NCBI RefSeq assembly: GCF_006345805.1
Contig: NC_043000.1
Coordinates: 80,228,001-80,292,000 of the forward strand
DNA length: 64,000 nucleotides
DNA from: Octopus sinensis
Lineage: Eukaryota
Reading direction: 5' to 3'
A program made the position numbers and the translations under genes. Under the pieces are notes generated by a model, which did not search any database, was not told the DNA's origin, and saw nothing but the letters and a program-made list of their open reading frames with translations. Positions 49,491 through 61,415 of this stretch are shown piece by piece; the stretch's first letter is position 1, and every line of letters begins with the position of its first letter.

Positions 49491-50286
49491 TTGAAAACAG
49501 GTGAGGATTAGTACCAGCAAGAACATCCAGCAGTAGAAAATCTGCCTCAGCAAATTTCATCATTTCCATGTAAGCATGTGGAACTGGATTTTAAAAACCA
49601 ATGATGATAATTTATATAAAATATTGTGAAATTCTGTATAATTGTTTCCATGATAAATTGTGTTGTGATGGTATCAGACGGAAGGTGATATTTGTATAAA
49701 ATACGATATTTGATAATTGTTTTATGATAACAACACAATATCAGTAATAATGATATTTTTATAACAAAACTGAAATGAAATAATTGCTGTGTTCTATAGA
49801 AATATATGTTTTATAATTGTTTTATAATAATGTTATTATGGAATATCAGTTGACTCTAATGCTTTCTCAGAATGTCACCTTATATTGTAACTGCTTTACT
49901 GAGAGAACTTTTAGGTGGCTACTTGGCCTGCAGGAAATAACAACCAAATCTCCATCAAATTATATACTATTGCCCTAAATAGGGTATGTAATAGGACAAT
50001 ACTGGATAATGTTATTTTCTTATATACCCATAAAAAAGTTAGGACAGTCATGACTGGAACACCTTTAATCTTAGGTCTGCTCAATCAGTTAACTCTTTAG
50101 CATTTGGTTTATTCTGTCAAATGCAATACTTATTTATTTGCATTCCTTTGAATTTATTATGCCTTATCTCATAACTTCAAGAGGTTGATGATGTGATTGT
50201 TCATTTTAAGAATGACATTGTAACATAAATGTAAAAGGCTGGATCTTGCTGGTTTGAACATTTGGACTGGATATGGTTGGTTAAAT

Positions 50287-50808
50287 CAGAGGTTCTCAAA
50301 CTGTTTGCCCACCCCCCAATGACCACATAATACCCTCAGCGCCCCGACCCCTATTTTTATGTATAAATAAATATTTTATATTTTACTAATTTATATATTT
50401 CGTTTTTGGATTTGGTTTGCAAGATTCTTTATGTGAGTTTGTGTGTTGAAGCATATTCTGTTGTGTCTGGAGAGAGTCATTCTCTTTTTGTGCCTTATAA
50501 TTTAACACACTCACTGGTAAAATTTCCACTTATTCCTTATTTCTATTTTCCTAAAATTTTTGTTGCATCTTGCAACCTTTTCAATTGTCCCTAATTTATA
50601 TATACTATGAATTATTTGATATTTAATATAATATTATATAATTTGTACACAATACCATAATACTATTATAATAAATTCATAGCGTCCTCCAATGCCTACT
50701 TTTTCTCTACCGACCATCACCCCCACATCATCCCCTTTGACATCAGCGCCTACCTGGACCCTCTCAATGCCTACCGTAGGGCAGTAGTGCCCGCTTTGAG
50801 AACCTATG
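50287..50808. mobile_element. hAT (Charlie-like) MITE
   Basis: TIRs CAGAGGTTCTCAAA / TTTGAGAACCTATG; 8-bp TSD GGTTAAAT / GTTTAAAT. Confidence 0.75.
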
Positions 50809-51425
50809 GTTTAAATGGTCAATTGTAAAACAATAACACCAACAACAGTTTTGTGACAAGATTTTCTCTTAAATAGCCCAGGTAGGAAAAAATGGTTTTA
50901 TCCAAGGCAACCTTTATAACCCACTGAGACCTGTGGACTGCCATTCTGAGAAGGAAAGATTGAATATAGAAGTGGTGGTAGTGGAGTTGGTTGGAGTAGT
51001 GTTGTAGTAGTGGTAATAGTAGCATAAGTAGTGGAAGTATTGATGGTGGTAGTGGTACTGATAGCATGAGCAGTGACAATAGCACTGGTAGTGATGGTGG
51101 TAATGGTGGTGGTGGTTGTAGTGATACTGATATTGGTTATAGTTGGTGGTGGTGGAGAGGTTGGATGGAGTGGTAGTAGTGTTGGTAGGAGATGATACAT
51201 GTGGGTGTTTTAGGAACAGAGAATGAAGTTGGTTGTGGTGTTAGAGGAAGTGGTAATAGCAGCTGTGCTATGTGGTGTAGTTGTTGTTGTTGTTGCTCTT
51301 TTTTATGTTGTAATGCATTGGTAATTGGAGAGAGTTGACTGTTGTTGCACAATGATTTCATAGTTATCTTATATAGTTGTTCCCATTTATATACCACCAC
51401 CACCACCACCACCACCACCACCACC

Positions 51426-51459
<34 letters not shown>

Positions 51460-51635
51460 TTTTAATTTTCTCTCCCTTTGGCACAAAACTGGAAATAATA
51501 TCTCGCAACTGGATACCAGAACATGAAATATAAAAGAATTTCATTACCCAAGGCCTCAAATTTTACAGTGCAAAGATCAGTGAGATTAAAGTATAATTAT
51601 TGTTGTTGTTGTTGTTATTATCATTATTATTATTA

Positions 51636-54600
51636 CTAGCAAATCTACCCATCTATGATGGAGGCATAAATGAGAGAGGGAAATCATAGAAACGGTATAT
51701 ATTGAAAAATGTGCAAATGGATTTTGATATCAATAAGATTACAAAGCTTCTTTGTAGATGATATTTTGTGTGTGGTTGACACTAATTTTCAAATTACTGG
51801 AGTCAGTGGCTCTACTTATAGCGACATATAACTGGCTGTGTGTAAACATTGGAGTCGGTAAAAATACACCTACACAATCTAAAGTCTACCTCTGAGCCTT
51901 GTTTGCTGTGAATGAGAATGTCGGTTTTATAGGAAACTGCTTGTGTCTTAATTGGAACAGAAACTGGTTATCAGTTGGTATAAGGGGTATCCATAGAATG
52001 AACAGGTGTTTACCATTGTGGGGGCCAGTTGCAATCACTGCTTAAGTAACATTGGAATTTAGTTCTGCTACCATGTATCATATTCCATTGCAGCGTCTAT
52101 TAGCTGGATCAAAATTCCTAAGGATCATTATCGGACAGTTCTTTTTCAAGTTGATTTTATGGAGTGGTAATCCCTATGGATTTAAGTTGTTCAAGAAGTC
52201 CTGTGGGTGTTGATGGTAGTTTTCGTCATCTATTGCATCTGAACTACAATACTCTCGACTTTCCCCTGGGAAGTTGATAACTATGTGCTCATTCACACTG
52301 TTTACCACTTCATTAGTTGAGGCGATGACAGCTTGCAAACACAGCCTTGATGTGATTTTATAGCTTTCATTTAAATTGTTAAAGACGAATTTGCATATTT
52401 CAGAACTAGATGACGTTTCGAGTACAAAATCTGGCCTAATTTGAATCACATTCCTCAGTGGGTCAGAGAACAAACATTGTCCGGAACCGATGTCGCTTAA
52501 ATAGGTTGTGAAAGTTGCTTCTGAAGAATTTCATACCCTTATGCTTTTCTTTAGACTCAACTCCATCTAGATGTACTATGTTTCCAAAGTGGCTTGCATT
52601 ATTTGGGCTTGACTACCGTGTTTAACAACAGGTAGAATCTGCTTCCAGTCGCCTACAAAACGAACACATACTCCACCAAACAGGGATTCGTTCATTCTGA
52701 TATCGCATAGGGAATGATCCAAGCATTCATATATGGGCTTGTTGCCTTAGCAGACTCCATCAACTATTATTAGACTGGTCATTCTGAAGAGTTGCACAGT
52801 TGCATCCCGAGATGACACATTACAGCAAGACTCTGGTGTTATGTTTATGGTCACTTTGAACCGAGAATGAAATGTCTGGCAATTCATCATCATCATCATT
52901 GTTCAGCAATATTGCTGCAATCCCAGATAGAGCTGTGGCGAGTACGATATTTTTCTCCGAACGTAGAAAATCTATGATGGCATTGATAAGATATGTTTTG
53001 CTGGTTCCACCACTCATGCTCAAGGTGAAAATCAGTTTGGTTGACAGCATCTAGCTACCCTGAGTATTTTTCTGCTCTGATTGTTGTTTTATGGAGTTCC
53101 ACCCACCTTAGCCTGCTCCATTCTACTTTCGCTCACTGATCTACAGCATACTGCTGTAAAATTCTTCTACTTCACATGATATGATTATCCGAATTACTTC
53201 TTACCTGAAGCTGGTAAGCGTAAAAATTCATAGCTGTTAATATTTGTCCATTTGATTTTTTCATATTGAGCTGCCAACTGTCTGTTCCCTCCAGTAGTTA
53301 CAGAACATAATGCAGCAGATTGTACAAACAATGGATAGAGTTTATTCACTTAACATGTCCAATACGGCAGTATATGATGACATCTAAAGGGTTCTTGATA
53401 TCACCTGGAACCAAAGCAGTCACCTCTGAATTCTTAGGCAAATTGCACTGGCAACAGTGAGTCTCAGATGGTTTGAGCCTTATGTCATGAATAAAGGTGG
53501 CGAGCTGGCAGAAACGTTAGCGCGCCGGGCGAAATGCGTAGCTGTATTTCGTCTGCCGTTACGTTCTGAGTTCAAATTCCGCCGAGGTTGACTTTGCCTT
53601 TCATCCTTTCAGGGTCGATAAATTAAGTACCAGTTACGCACTGGGGTCGATATAATCGACTTAATCCATTTGTCTGTCCTTGTTTATCCTCTCTGTGTTT
53701 AGCCCCTTGTGGATAGTAGAGAAATAGGTTTGAGCCTTATGTCATGGTATAGAAAAATCAAAATATCCTCATCTGCCGAAAGTTCTATAACAATTTGAAA
53801 TGATGCTACATATGGACTTACTTGCCAAATATCACCTTGTAGTTTCGTCAATATATCTGCCTGTAGATCATGTTTTATTTGATTTTTGGTCTCATAATGT
53901 GTATCAAAGAAGTACAGCTGTGCAAATGATGGCAGTTGATTGGCATCTGGCAGTAAACTTCCAATGGTGTGATACACTTTACCTTGGATTTTAAATGTGG
54001 GACTAAATCCAGTTATCGAGGTATCAACAACACAACCAATGAAGCAAATGTGAATGCGTTATTATATGCTCGAATATTTGTTATGAAATTGTTATCGTTC
54101 CATAACGACACAATGTCTGCTGACAAATTGGGGATGGATTGCAGCTGAACTTTACTATTTTCACAACAGAGGGAAAGTGGTTCTGCTGGCCAGTGCTTTG
54201 AATAACAATGTAGGTATACATAATCACCCAAGCTGCCGCAGTAGTGAGAAAAGTATGATAATGGAATGTTACTTTCAATAAAGTTTTCCTGCATCGCTAT
54301 CAAATTGTAATCTGTAATCCATTCATTGTCATATTCAACAAGGGAAATGCTTACCAAGGCATTATCTTCCACTTGTACTTGCACTTGTCTTGGTTTTCAG
54401 TAAGCTAGAGCGTCCCATATCTATTCCAGTGCTTTCACTTGAGGATTTCTCTGTGTTATTTGGCAAGCTAGTGTATCCCTGCTCAGTTCCAGTGCTCTCA
54501 CTTCTGTATCACAGCGAATTCTAGGAGTTTCTATATCCTTATTCTGTTGGGCTTGTCTGTATTCACTGTTAGATTGTCTCTTACTTTATATAGCAACAGC

Positions 54601-55058
54601 TTTTCTGGCAGTCCTATCAATTCCTGATTTCCGTTTCCAGGTCATAATGGTGTGGAACAAAGGAAAATTTAATAAAGCATTACACAACTTTATGCATACA
54701 GTCATTATTGACAAAGTTCATACTAGGCATACGCCAATTAAAGATGAGCCAAAGCCATCACAAACTTTCCTTAATAAAGCTTATGGCGTAATTCAGTGGA
54801 GAAGTAAGTTGATTTACTTCCCATTGCTGCTTTTATTAGGAGTTATCTCCCCTTAATTTTTATTTAATTTTTGTATGCCTGTAAACTGAACAATTACTTT
54901 CAATATCCATGAAAGGATCATATTTTTTCATACTTTTTATGCTAAAAACCTGCCTGATTATCTCCTTCATAATCCCGAAAAACATTGTGACCATTGGTCC
55001 AGCTGTTTGACTGTCAGAAGGGTACAGACAGACAGACATTACGCTCATTATAGTATGA
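51636..55058 (-). mobile_element. Internally deleted Helitron with both termini
   Basis: 5' A|TCATACTATAATGAG..GTCTGTCTGT; N-terminal C..CC zinc finger; HTIGSLLP..FAQLYFFD; PIF1 pieces (GGTSKTYL, ATALSGIAA, CPIMILRNFD); 3' CCATCataGATGG hairpin and CTAG|T. Confidence 0.85.
53490..53726 (+). mobile_element. Young tRNA-derived SINE (Deu/Nin-like) with 20-bp TSD
   Basis: TSD GGTTTGAGCCTTATGTCATG at 53470-53489 and 53727-53746; A/B boxes. Confidence 0.9.
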
Positions 55059-55067
55059 TTATTAATA

Positions 55068-55118
<51 letters not shown>

Positions 55119-55994
55119 GTAATAAGGTAACAGGTATCAACACACTTGGTGTCCCAGAAATACTTATAATATCAATGGATTGTTAAGTAAACTAGCAACA
55201 CCAGACAGCAAAATAAAACAAAAGTAATGTCAGTATTTAGAAACACCACCCAAAATCTGACAAAAGTTTCGTTTACCATGAATACAAAATGGTAGAAGCT
55301 TGATGCAACAAGAAATTATTATAAAGTACCCACTGTAATATTACAAAAATATCTAGTAAAAAAAGCAATAGAAAATTACTACAAATAGAGTATGAAATGT
55401 GAACGAAACATAGAAAGATAAGGCAAGAAACATATTTTCTATTTTCAAGGAATCTAACAAATAAAATCCAAAGTCTGAAGTGATAGGCAGTCCTGATGGG
55501 AATATGGTATTAACAATAAAAATCAGAAAAAGTTAAAGACTAAGCTACAAAATGGGACAACATAATGTCCTGTTAAATCAATAGCAAGAAAAGCTCCTAT
55601 GTGGTTAATATATCATCATCATCATTGTCATCATTGTCATCATCATCATCCCTGCCACCACTGCTGCTATTGTCCTCGTCATTATTGTCATTGTCACCAT
55701 TTGCAGCATTTTAACTGAATGTTGTTAACCCACGCAAACATGAAAAATCATGTTTGTATGGGTTAACAGGGTTTGTTGAGGCAGATCTTCTATGGTCTGA
55801 TACCCTTCCTGTTGTCAACCCCCACTTGTTTCCCAGTAAGGTGATATTTCTCTATGACAGGAAATGTTTACACAGGAGACAGGAAACAGCAAACACCTCC
55901 TGTGCGAGAGTGATGCTTGTTTTATATCTATTGTATGTCAACATAAGGAAACATATGCACATACACACTAATTAACATATAATATACATACATT

Positions 55995-56330
55995 AACATA
56001 CTGCATGGCAAGAAGCTTGCTTCCCAACAACATGGTTCTGTGTCAGTCTCACTCTGTGGCACCTTGGGTAAGTGTGAGTGGATTTGGTAGGTAGAAAGTG
56101 AAAGACGCCCATCGTATATATCTATATGTGCATGTCTTTGTACTTGTCCCCCCACCACCGCTTGACAACTTGTGTTGGTGTGTTCACATCCCTGTAGCCT
56201 AGTGGTTCAGCAAAAAAGAGTGATAGAATAAGTATCAGGCTTAACAAAAGATAAAATAAGTACTAGGTTCAACTAATTTGACTAAAATGTCTTCAAGGCA
56301 GTGCCCAAGTATGGGCGCAGTCTAATGACT
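55995..56330 (+). mobile_element. tRNA-derived SINE (same family as 10965)
   Basis: AGAAGCTTGCTTCCCAAC..GGCACCTTGGG.. Confidence 0.7.
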
Positions 56331-56559
56331 AAGATAATTAGAGGATAAAAGACAAAAGATACATATTTTGAACCAGTTTCTTTCAGTTTCCATCTTTGAA
56401 ATACATAACAAAATTTGAACTGGGCTGAATGAAATAGTAGCACTAGTCAAGAGATGCATGACTCAAGCCTTCAACTGCAGGATTCTTAATTATGGTACAA
56501 AATCATAGCTTTCCAGAAATTACCAAAAAAAAAAAAAAAACTTAATGAAACAGAATACA

Positions 56560-56960
56560 GTATGTAATTGTACAATATGTAGAAGTGGGGAAGTGATAAT
56601 TGATTACATTGTTTCCAGTTGCCCAATCTTAGCCAAGAATGAATACCTCCACAGCCAGAACAGAGTTAAGACTTACAATGGAAATTACATCAATATTATG
56701 AGATACCAATAAAAAAAAATCAGTATAAGTAAACACTAAACTAGATATCAAAGAATGATGAAGTGGTCATACTCTGGGATAGTCATATCCACACAGGCAA
56801 GAAGATCAAAGCTAATTGATCTCATATTCTTTTAAGAACATAAAAAGGTGGAAGATATACCTAAGGCAAGGCATTTTGTTCAACACTAATGATTCTAACA
56901 ATCCAGTTATCTTTATTTGGCATAAGGCTGCAAGGTGAGGAGACATTTGATCTCTTTTAT
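56560..56960 (+). mobile_element. Degenerate R4/Dong-like C-terminal fragment
   Basis: IDYIVSSCPILAKNEYLH..VVILWDSHIHT. Confidence 0.5.
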
Positions 56961-57499
56961 AAGCAGCTAGAAATGACATGATGATGGGAACAGTTCAAAA
57001 ACAACATACAAAAGAAAAAGAGCAAGAAACAGTGACTGGGATTTACGTAGAGTAAGAAGGGTAAAACAATAACAATGACTTCACATTCAGAAATTAATAG
57101 CAATGAATAGTAATAACAATGTAGAACAACAAAATTAACGAGAAGGATCCCTAACACCAGATTACTCTGATGTTACAAAGTGACTTTCCCCAGTTCCTGA
57201 CCATAACTAAATTTCCATTAGTTCACATCCCTCTGCTGTTTCAAAGATAATGTCCTCCTAGATGTATAAAACGACAGAATGGTCATCGCTGGAACATTTT
57301 TTATCATAGCTCTCTCCAGAATCAGTACAGGTGTTGGTAATAACAAAATAGCTCACCATTTTTATCAGCATTTTCTCAGTAATCATCCTTGTTCATTTTA
57401 GTAGCTTATGTACATGGCATATTATATTCAATTTGTCAAAAGAGGTACAATGAATACTTTTAGTTTAAGTAAATCCTCCTCATCACCATCAACATTATA

Positions 57500-57690
57500 T
57501 AATGCTAACATGGATTAGACTGTTTGGCTGGAGCTGTTAAACCAGAGAGCTGCACCAGACACCAAATATCTGTTTTGGCTTGGCTTCTATGGCTGGATAC
57601 TCTTCCTAATTCTACTGCTGGAAGCTCTTCCTAATGCCAACCACTTTACAGAGTGTACTGGGCACTTTTTATAAGTGTCACCGGCAAGTG
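57500..57690 (-). mobile_element. Degenerate RTE 3' terminal fragment
   Basis: ATGCTAACATGG..CTTCCTAATGCCAACCAC. Confidence 0.6.
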
Positions 57691-57734
57691 AATAGCATTT
57701 CACTTAAATTTTATAAATGTATCTCTCTTTCTCT

Positions 57735-58140
57735 TTCTCTTTTCTCTTTTACTTGTTTCAGTCATTTGACTGCAGCCATGCTGGAGCACTGCCTTTAGTC
57801 GAGCAAGTCGACCCCAGGACTTATTCTTTGTAAGCCGAGTATTTATTCTATTGGTCTCTTTTGCTGAACCGCTAAATTACAGGGATGTAAACACACCACC
57901 ATCGGTTGTCAAGCAATGTTGTGAGTGGAGGGGGACAAACACAGACACATAAACATACACATATATATACATATACACGACGGACTTCTTTCAGTTTCCA
58001 TCTACCAAATCCACTCACAAGGCTTTGGTTGGCCCAAGGCTATAGTAGGAGACATTTGCCCAAGATGCCATGCAGTGGGAATGAACCTGGAACCATGAGG
58101 CTGGTAAGCAAGCTACTTACCATACAGCCATTCTTGCGCC
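57735..58140 (-). mobile_element. tRNA-derived SINE, near full length
   Basis: Reverse strand head GGCTGTATGGTAAGTAGCTTGC..GGTTCCAGGTTCATTCCCACTGC..TTGGGCAAATGTC. Confidence 0.8.
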
Positions 58141-59012
58141 TGTGTATATAAATTCCCTTCATTGCATGCTGTGAAAATATGAAGGTGGTCACACAAATAG
58201 TGATAGCCTTCACTCATTTTGCTCAGTTTGCCAGCTAATCTTCTCCCTGGCTTTTATGATGGAAACACTGTTTGTCACCCTCCCTCTATCTAGCACCATA
58301 GAGACAATATAATCCCCAGCCATCTGTCACACACTGTAAGGACCACGATGCAAGCTGTGACTGTTGCAGGAGACTGTCAACTAACTAGTTACTAAATACT
58401 CTATGCTAGCTACATCATGAAACAGTGTCATGTCACAGTTAGACCTTATATGAAATCAATCCATGAATTCAAGCTTTTTAATCAAAACTGCTGCATCCAT
58501 CCCAGCATTAGGGAGAAATATGGTGCTATAGCTGAAGTGAAAGTGATCCAGCTAGGATATATGACATGAAAACTTCTAGGAGAGCTGCAATTCTGAATAT
58601 AAAGTGTTAAAGAGTAATGAGGATGCTTTAATCCCATCAGGTAGCTGGCACAATTAATTGTTCTCAGTCCATGCTTTTAGGTGAGAACTCACAATTGTAA
58701 AAGAGCAAAACACACACACACATACACCAAATGCATGACAGTCAAATCAATGAAAAATCTAAAAGTCCTAACTGCAAATCGAAGGTTAATACTTAACCAT
58801 GTAAGTGTTGTGTACAGTAGTAAAGTGATAAGGTGAGAATATCTAGTCATACGTGAGAACCCTTCACAATCCTTAAAAGATTACACCAATTCTCTCTCTT
58901 TCAGGTGTAGAAAATAAACACCAAACAACCTAAACACCACCAGAAAGTCTTGTCAGCAGAAAAGCCTAAGGGCTGCCACAATTAATGTTAACATGATGGT
59001 TGTCTACCACTA

Positions 59013-59470
59013 CCACCATCACCACTAATAATAACACCACTAGCATCTCCACCATCACCACTAATAATAACACCACTAGCATCTCCACCATCACCACTAA
59101 TAATAACACCACTAGCAGCATCTCCACCATCACCACTAATAATAACACCACTAGCATCTCCACCATCACCACTAATAATAACACCACTAGCATCTCCACC
59201 ATCACCACTAATAATAACATCACTAGCATCTCCACCATCACCACTAATAATAACACCACTAGCAGCATCTCCACCATCACCACTAATAATAACACCACTA
59301 GCAGCATCTCCACCATCACCACTAATAATAACACCACTAGCATCTCCACCATCACCACTAATAATAACACCACTAGCAGCATCTCCACCATCACCACTAA
59401 TAATAACACCACTAGCATCTCCACCATCACCACTAATAATAACACCACTAGTATCTCCACCATCACCACA
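59013..59470. repeat. 36/39-bp minisatellite, ~12 copies
   Basis: CACCATCACCACTAATAATAACACCACTAGC(AGC)ATCTC repeated. Confidence 0.9.
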
Positions 59471-59633
59471 ACCATTACTGTTACTCAGCCTTCATCATCA
59501 ATGTTATCACTATCTCTATCACCATTATTACCACTACTGATGCCTTTAATCCCACCATCAACTGAACATACACTTGAATTAAAAAAAAGATTGTAATATT
59601 CTGTTAAAAATGAAGAGTCTCTATTAATTTCAG

Positions 59634-59789
59634 GATTATCTGGTGTTAAGGGTGCCGCATTTCGTGAAACGTCTAGTATCAACAAGAGTCTCTCTGCTCT
59701 GGCTGATGTCTTAGGAGCACTGGCAGAACGAAGAACTCATGTACCATATCGTAACAGCAGACTTACCTACTTTCTCCAAGACTCAATTG
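59634..59789 (+). CDS. KIF25: Internal exon of a kinesin motor domain, KIF25-like (kinesin-14)
   Basis: TTTCAG|..|GTAAGT, 156 bp, phase 1-1; reads (G)[52 protein letters not shown] (kinesin INKSLSAL and [14 protein letters not shown] motifs). The KIF25 assignment is from recalled similarity only. Confidence 0.85.
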
Positions 59790-59829
59790 GTAAGTACCTT
59801 GCTTCTGTATATATATATATATATTCATC

Positions 59830-60035
59830 TGTAAATATAATATGTGACAATTATTTGGTAGCCATGATAAAACTCCCAGTTTTGGATGTCGGGGCAGAAA
59901 CCCATGCCACCATCTCTTTAGTTATCAGGCCATGGTATGGGCTTCCACCCTGACATCTGAAACTCGGAGTTTTATCATGGCTACCGAATAATTGTCACAT
60001 ATTATATTTACAGATAAGTTCCTCTATTTACATAA
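59830..60035. repeat. Palindromic family-D repeat, hammerhead core degenerate
   Basis: Inverted arms; 59865-59927(-) reads TGATAA CTAAAGA GATG..CATC CAAAAC..GTT TTATCA. Confidence 0.7.
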
Positions 60036-60530
60036 TGATCACACTTGAATGGTGGTTTTTACGTGCCACTGGCACGAACACCAGTTAGCGGCTCCGGCAA
60101 TGATCACGCTTGGATGGTGCTCTTAGTGCTCCACTAGCATGGATGCCAGTCATCGAATTTGATTTCGATTTCACTTGCCTCAACAGGTCTTCGCAAGCAG
60201 TGTCCAATGAAGGGAAGGTATGCATAAGTGGGCTGGTTACACCCCTGGCATAGGCTGCAAGGTTATGGTTTCACTTGGCTTGCTGGGTCTTCTCAAGCAC
60301 AGCATATTTCCAAAAGTCGCAGTCACTGGTCATTGCCTCGGTGAGGCCTAATGTTTGAAGGTCGTGCTTCACTACTTCATCCCAGGTCTTCCTGGGTCTA
60401 CCTCTTCCACAGGTTCCCTCACCTGCTAGGGTGAGGCACTTTTACACACAGCTATCCTCATCCATTCTCGCTACATGACCATACCAGCGCAGTCGTCTCT
60501 CTTGCACACTACATCTGATGCTTCTTAGGT
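60036..60530 (-). mobile_element. RTE LINE C-terminal/3' UTR fragment
   Basis: ..CSVQERRLRWYGHVARMDED..GRPRKTWDEVVKHDL. Confidence 0.85.
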
Positions 60531-60564
60531 GTGGTAACCACCCCACTTGGATCAAGATCTCTTT

Positions 60565-60648
60565 GGCCTGAAGAGTAGCCTGCACTATACACCACGCTTG
60601 GATATTTACCACTTCTGAGGTGCCACTCACTATGAAACATATGTAGCC
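60565..60648 (+). ncRNA. Type-I hammerhead-like motif with long loop II
   Basis: GGC CTGAAGA GTAG [51 nt] CTAT GAAAC ATAT GTA GCC. Confidence 0.55.
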
Positions 60649-61030
60649 CAGATCTTATCTACTCCATTCCTTAACTCATGTAATCTTATTCGCACACCCA
60701 GCAACCCTGGTTGCCGATCATGAAATATAAAATGAACATTTTTTCAGTTTAGCATACTTCGATATGCAAAAAAAAAAGAAGAAAAAATTCACATCCTTCC
60801 GTCTCAATAAACCACTATTGTCCCTGAAAGCTGTTTTTATATATTTACTACAGATTGCTTGAAGCTAACTTTCTTCCTGCACCTCGATCCCTGAATTTTA
60901 TGTCTTTCTGTCTTTCTGTTTGTATATTAATGTTTGTTTTTGAGTTCTGTTTTAATAAAAACAGTTTTACTTTAATCTAATGGGTTACTCTGTACTTTTG
61001 TGAAGTACAAATTTATCATTGTTTTTCAGA

Positions 61031-61138
61031 AATATTGTTGACAGTGACTTCAAAGTTTCAGCTTGCTAAGCCATCGTAAAACTACAGTCCAATGAAGGCT
61101 TAGTTGGCTGTAACTTCAAAGTCAGTGTCAATGACGTT
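61031..61138 (+). other. Long imperfect hairpin (42-position stem, 24-nt loop)
   Basis: Ungapped pairing 61031-61072 with 61097-61138; 5 G-U pairs and 6 mismatches. Confidence 0.7.
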
Positions 61139-61166
61139 ATTGTACAAGAATAATAAAAATAATGTG

Positions 61167-61199
<33 letters not shown>

Positions 61200-61415
61200 A
61201 AGTAGATAAATGAATTATCTTATTACGGATTATTCAAATGATAACCAACACCTAGGTAGCAAAAATCACAACAGAAAAAGCACGGTTGAGGTTACGAACA
61301 TGGGGCCTGAAAACCGTGCCTTAGTGCGGAAATTTGAAGTTTTATATATTTAGTGTAGGAAGAAATGGAGCTGGACGAAGATTTAACAAAATATATATAT
61401 ATATATATATATATT

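Noticed and set aside
50236-50262. LDLAG resembling kinesin DLAGSE
   Set aside because: Continues LNIW, not SE; no splice context
59000-59596. 198-aa Thr/Asn-rich ORF (mucin-like)
   Set aside because: Product of a 36/39-bp minisatellite, open on both strands; no splice link to the kinesin exon
61278-61322. GCACGG/CCGTGC hairpin with TTGAG..GAAAA
   Set aside because: No stem II or III geometry compatible with a hammerhead
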